A stretch of DNA of 39,042 bases from Octopus bimaculoides (Eukaryota). Position 1 is the stretch's first letter; each line of letters starts with the position of its first letter. A program made the position numbers and the translations under genes. The notes under the pieces are model-generated. The model saw nothing but the letters and a program-made list of their open reading frames with translations. It did no database searches and had not been told where the DNA came from. This document shows positions 34,400 through 39,042 of the stretch, one piece after another. The stretch covers positions 31,466,990 through 31,506,031 of the forward strand of contig NC_069002.1 of NCBI RefSeq assembly GCF_001194135.2, in the 5' to 3' direction.

Positions 34400-34875
34400 A
34401 TTCTGCTCAATACCACAGATTTGCTTGGTCAGTTGTTTGGCCATAACAAGTTGAGCATGTCTTTTGGTGTTTGACGATATATGCATCTCTGATCACGAGC
34501 AGAAGTAGTGGGGGAGCATCATAGCCATGTGTTGAGAGGAATTCTTTGAGGTTTGAATAATTCACTTCTGAAAACATGGGTGTTTCATTCATCATCCTTA
34601 AACAATCTTTATTCAGAGACCTACTGAACGGGAAGGGCTACTCGACCTGGAGAAAATTCTAACTGGGTCCCCACATGCAGGGTCATGCACTGTTTTTCTT
34701 GATATGAGGTCACCATGTTATGCACATGTGGTTGTGATGCATGTGCCTGGTGTACTCTTATCAGACGGGTAGTCATGATGGATATACCGGGCTTCGTATT
34801 ATATTTGTACCCCAGTGTCATTTTGATGGCATGCACTGATCTCTCACTCAATAATAATAATAATAATAATAATAA
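34400..34875 (+). mobile_element. Interspersed repeat(s) ending in an (AAT)n tail; SINE-like or non-autonomous retroelement
   Basis: Unique-looking body ends CTCTCTCACTC(AAT)n, as in retroposon tails. Family recognised only loosely. Confidence 0.55.
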
Positions 34876-35019
34876 GAAGAAGAAGAAGAAGAGGAGGAGG
34901 AGGAGGAGGGAAACAATAAGCATTAATGAGCTAACTTTTACAGCTCAGTATTGAAAATGAATTTTATTTAAATAAAGATGCAACATCCAATATCATTACA
35001 TTAGTCCGTTTTTACACTC

Positions 35020-35500
35020 CATTTACCCTCCCATCATTCCTTTACTCTCCCTTTCTCTCTTCATACTCTGTTAATATACTCTCGTTACCCCCTCTCTCTC
35101 TTTCTCTCTTCACACTCTCCCGTCTTTAGACCTACTCCTCCTCCCCATCCTCAACCCACACTCCTGGATCTCCTCTTCCTTCCATCAAACAATTTCACTC
35201 TCATCCAATCTACTGTTTTTGTTCCTAACATCCTCTCATTTCTCTATCCCTTTCTCCCCCTTACTCCCCTCATCTTCTTACCTTCTGCCTCTCCCCTCTC
35301 GTATGTTCTCCCGCTTCCCGCCTCTGCCTCCCTGTTCCTCCATCTTTTACTATATTTTTTAATCTCCTCCGTCTCTACGTCCTCTACTCCTCCTTTCCCT
35401 CTCACTATTGTTTCTCTTGTCCTACATCTTCTTCTTCATCACCTTTGTCTCACTCTCCTTTACTCCTTGAACCACCCCACTCACCTTTCTCAGACAAAAG
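35020..35500. repeat. Polypyrimidine low-complexity tract
   Basis: Direct reading. Confidence 0.85.
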
Positions 35501-35574
35501 CCTCAATCATTGGCCGCCTGCTGCCAGCTGAATTCAGAAGCTGACCTACAGAAGAAACTAGAAAAACAAACTTG

Positions 35575-35880
35575 TGTTACATTATAGTCTGTCACAAACC
35601 TGTGTCTGTTGCTCGTCTGTTAGAAACCTATGTCACATAGTCGTTGGATTGTCACAAACGTTCGTCATTCAATCCATGGTATGTTATAAACCTCTATTAC
35701 AAAGTTTGTTACAAACATTTGTCACTCTATAGTTTGTCACAAACTTGTGTTACAAGTTTGTCAATCTGTCACAGACTTATACCACTAAAACTCCCGTTTT
35801 TGATCTCCTCATATCTACGTCACTAAGTCTTCGATTTGCTAATACCTATGTCATTTAGCCTTCGATTTGTCACAAACCCG
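35575..35880. repeat. Degenerate array of (T)TTGTCACAAAC motifs
   Basis: The motif or close variants occur about 8 times. Confidence 0.7.
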
Positions 35881-35966
35881 TTTCACGTAAATTTCGACCG
35901 GCCACGAACACGTCATGCAGTCTTCGATTGTGGTCCCATAGTGACTATTAACCTGAACAATTATAT

Positions 35967-36009
<43 letters not shown>

Positions 36010-36290
36010 GTTTAACGCCCGCTTTCCATGCTAGCATGGGTTGAACGATTTGACTGAGGACTGGTGAAACCAGATGGCTATACCAGGCTCCAATCTGATT
36101 TGGCAGAGTTTCTACGGCTGGATGCTCTTCCTAATGCTAACCACTCCGAGAGTGTAGTGGGTGCTTTTACGTGCCATCGGCACGAAGGTCAGTCAGGTGG
36201 TACTGGCAACGGCCACGCTCAAAATGGTGTATTTTACGTGCCACCTGCACAGGAGCCAGTCCAGTGGCACTGGCAACGATCTCACTCGAA
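35967..36290 (-). mobile_element. SINE-like family E copy with (ATC)n tail on the left
   Basis: Reverse complement of 13432-13706. Confidence 0.87.
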
Positions 36291-36539
36291 TGTCTTTTTC
36301 GAAATAATTTATGCAGTGACGAAAATACAAAATTACGCGCNNNNNNNNNNTAACATCAGTAGTTTTTGTTTTATTATTAAGGTGTACCAGTGAGGTACAA
36401 GAGCTATAACTAAAAAGATTCACCAGTCTGCCTCGGGGGCCCGACAGAAAGAAAAAAAAAAGGAATATGCGTTACCCCGGAGGATTGCGCGGGAGACGCG
36501 CTGAGACAACCATCCCGACTCACAGTCTTCGCACGCACC

Positions 36540-36617
36540 GATAGCCATCTACGCCCTGATAGCCATCTACGCCCTGATAGCCATCTACGCCCTGATAGCC
36601 ATCTACGCCCTGATAGC
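36540..36617. repeat. 18-bp tandem repeat (GATAGCCATCTACGCCCT)x4.3
   Basis: Four perfect units plus GATAGC. Confidence 0.97.
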
Positions 36618-36648
36618 AGTGAGCAGAGATGTACTCCGGAAGTCAAGA

Positions 36649-36685
36649 ATGCAAGAGGTCTCCACTAGCACAAGCTCGATATCCG
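36649..36685 (+). CDS. Speculative first coding exon end (MQEVSTSTSSIS, phase 1)
   Basis: ATG at 36649, frame open to a consensus donor CCG|GTAAGT at 36685/36686, in GC-rich sequence. No homology recognised. Confidence 0.2.
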
Positions 36686-36994
36686 GTAAGTAAAGGAGTT
36701 AACTCCGGTCAGATTTGGATATTATCCACTTTTGACCAGGCAGAACATCGAAGACGTAAGAGTGAGTGGATTTGATTGACGGGGACTGACAGAGTCCCGT
36801 CGTATAAAATCCTGAAAGTGCACATGCCATTGGCTTTTGAATGTTTTTCAATGGTATGATTCATGTATACACCTGATGAAAATGATTTTTCCTGTTGATG
36901 TAATATTTTTATTAATCAATAAAAAATTCGTTGGAAACAGCTGTAGTGGATTGACACATTATCCATATATATATACATATACATATACATATAT

Positions 36995-38065
36995 ATGTGA
37001 GAGAAAGAGAAGGAATGAAAGATAGAGAGAGGGGGAGAAAATGGGAGAAGTAGAGATAGAGAGGGAGAGAGGCGGACAGGCGGGTAGAAAGAGAAGGAAA
37101 GGTAGCGACAGAAGAGAGTAATATGTAAGGGGAGGGAAAGGAAGACGAAGAGAGAGAAGAGGGAGAGGAGGTAGATATAAATAGAGACAGTGAGAGGGAA
37201 AGAAAAGGGAAGGAGAAAGAAAAGTGGAGGGAGAGAAGAGAGAGTCGTAGGGGTGAGAAAGAAAGACAGAGGACCGAGTTGAAGGAAGAGAGAGAGAGAG
37301 AGAGGAAGAAGGCGAAGAGAGGAGAGAGAAAGGCTAAAGGAGAGACAGGTAGGGTAGAAAGATAGTGAGAGAAGAGAGGAGAAGGAGAGAGAAAAGATGA
37401 AGGTGAAGGGTGCAAGAAAATGAGTAGAAAGAAGGAAAAGAAAGATTGCTTGAAGAGAGAAAGGAAGGGAAAGATAAACCAGAGAGAAGGGGCGTAGAAA
37501 GAGAGGAGGAGAGAGAAGAGGAAGCAGAGGGACAGAAATGAAAAGAGAAAGGAGAAAGCAAAGAGAGGACGCGAAAGAAGCAGAGTCAGAGAGGGAGAGT
37601 GACATGGACGAGTCAAAGAGAGAGGGAGTGAGAGGAAACAGAAAGAAAGTAACTAAAGAGAGAGAGAGAGAGAGAAGAAATAGAAAGGCAGAAAGAGTTA
37701 ATAGGAATGTAGAGACAAAATTTGTTGGAAAAAAGCAAAATAGAGGTGGGGGTAAGTGTGGGTAGAGAGGAAGGGAGGAATAGAAACCTTCCTCCCTCCA
37801 CTCTCTCGATACATAAGTATATGGAGGTGAGGTAGTGGCAGGAAGGGGAGGTAAGTGGATATTTGATTGTAAAATGGGTAAAATAAAAGGGGGAAGAGAT
37901 GTAGTGGGGGTGGCGGTGGTGGTTGGAGGTGATGATGGTAAAGAGGAAAGAGAAAAAGAAGGAAAAGAAGATGAAAAAGAACAACTAAAAAATGAAAATG
38001 ATGATGGTGATGATGAAAAGAAGGTGTGATAGGGTGGAGGGAAGAGGGACACGAACGGTTACTTA
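36995..38065. repeat. ~1-kb polypurine (GA-rich) tract
   Basis: Direct reading. Confidence 0.9.
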
Positions 38066-38079
38066 TATACTTACACTCA

Positions 38080-38480
38080 CATATGTATGTATATGTGAAT
38101 GTGAGTCAAACGCATACGCATACACAATCACATGCATACACAAAGATACTCACACGCTAAACATATACACTCAGATGTACACACTGGCACATACACATAA
38201 CACACACGTCCACTTTTGCACATATGCATACACTCACAGACCGCATACACGCGCACACACGCACTCACACACACACAATGATTCAGAATCCACTCTTTCA
38301 CACGCACATACACTCTGAAACCACATACACGCGCGTGCGCTACACATACTCGCTCTCTCCCTCTCTCTACCTACCTCTCTATCTCTTTCTCCAAGACACA
38401 CACACAAACTGCATATACACACATCCAGATGCACACTCACAGACAAACAGGCACACACACACACACACACCACAAAGATA
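38080..38480. repeat. Degenerate (CA)n/(CT)n tract
   Basis: Direct reading. Confidence 0.88.
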
Positions 38481-38929
38481 ACGGACGAGGAGTTATTATA
38501 ATACAGAGAGGGACGAGAACACGTGCCTACTGGTTCCAGTAACGTTGTATATCACTGTTTTTTCCCCCTTTTTTGTCTCCCATAATCTATTATATTTAAT
38601 TATATTACTATAGAATGTAGTCTTGCATCCAGGTTGTGGAGAGACAAGGGAGGTAATAAACAAGGGAGCAGAGAATAGGATTTATATGAGAAATGGCGGT
38701 TAGCGAAAAGATTCAGTAATTGTTTTGTATTAATCGTTTAAATAAGAACAACGGTCGCGTCCTTGACCAGTTTTAGAGCTTCCATGACTGGGGTGTATGC
38801 TATTTTATACTTTTACCTTTAACTGGTTTCAATCATTGGACTGCAGCCATGCTGGGACGAACAAATTGATCCAAGTACATACGTTTTCTTATATATATAT
38901 ATATAGGTTCAAAAAAAGGAAAAAGACAA

Positions 38930-39042
38930 AAAAAAACAACAACAACGTGAGGACGTGATACAGATTGTGTTACTAGACACTCGGGAAAGGAAAGAGAGAG
39001 AATATGACGTTTCGAGCGGAGCTCTTCGTCGGAAACAAGGAA
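38930..39042 (-). mobile_element. Penelope-like terminal fragment with a minimal hammerhead-like motif (39001-39036)
   Basis: Minus strand CCGACGA A GAGC UCC GCUC GAAAC GUC. Related to 7310-7490. Confidence 0.55.

Noticed and set aside
36765-36808. Hairpin GACGGGGACT...AGTCCCGTC after the candidate donor
   Set aside because: It aligns to the SINE A central domain (GTGAGTGGATTTGGTAGACGGAAACTGAAAGAAGCCCGTCGTATA), so it is a decayed SINE scrap.
36912-38052. 234-aa and 378-aa minus-strand ORFs rich in F/L/S/P
   Set aside because: These are translations of a polypurine tract that is stop-poor by composition.
38633-38652. 20-nt micro-exon candidate (CATCCAG|GTTGTG...GGGAG|GTAATA)
   Set aside because: Chance-level splice motifs, not frame-symmetric, with no supporting context.

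Overview
This is repeat-saturated, AT-rich eukaryotic non-coding DNA with 13 assembly gaps (about 4.8 kb of N). From the SINE families I infer a cephalopod, most likely Octopus. I found no host protein-coding exon I can support. Nearly all long ORFs in the track are artefacts of N runs or microsatellites. The window holds many copies of at least four SINE families and decayed remnants of a Tc1/mariner transposase, two R4/Dong-like (RLE) LINEs and two RTE LINEs. It also holds two hAT-type MITEs, minisatellites, and extensive microsatellite and polypurine tracts. The most interesting signal is six dispersed type I hammerhead-ribozyme-like motifs (4347-4390 -, 7400-7432 -, 10572-10620 +, 27949-27984 -, 34152-34226 +, 39001-39036 -), of the kind known from Penelope-like elements and retrozymes. 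The best one lies inside a ~58-bp inverted repeat whose upstream arm is antisense to the ribozyme's 3' half. Other notable items are a 5S rRNA-derived segment fused to a SINE tail and nested in a tRNA-SINE (10899-11045), several near-perfect hairpins, and a GC-rich candidate exon with an 18-bp repeat ending at a consensus donor (36685/36686). All alignments and folds were done by eye.
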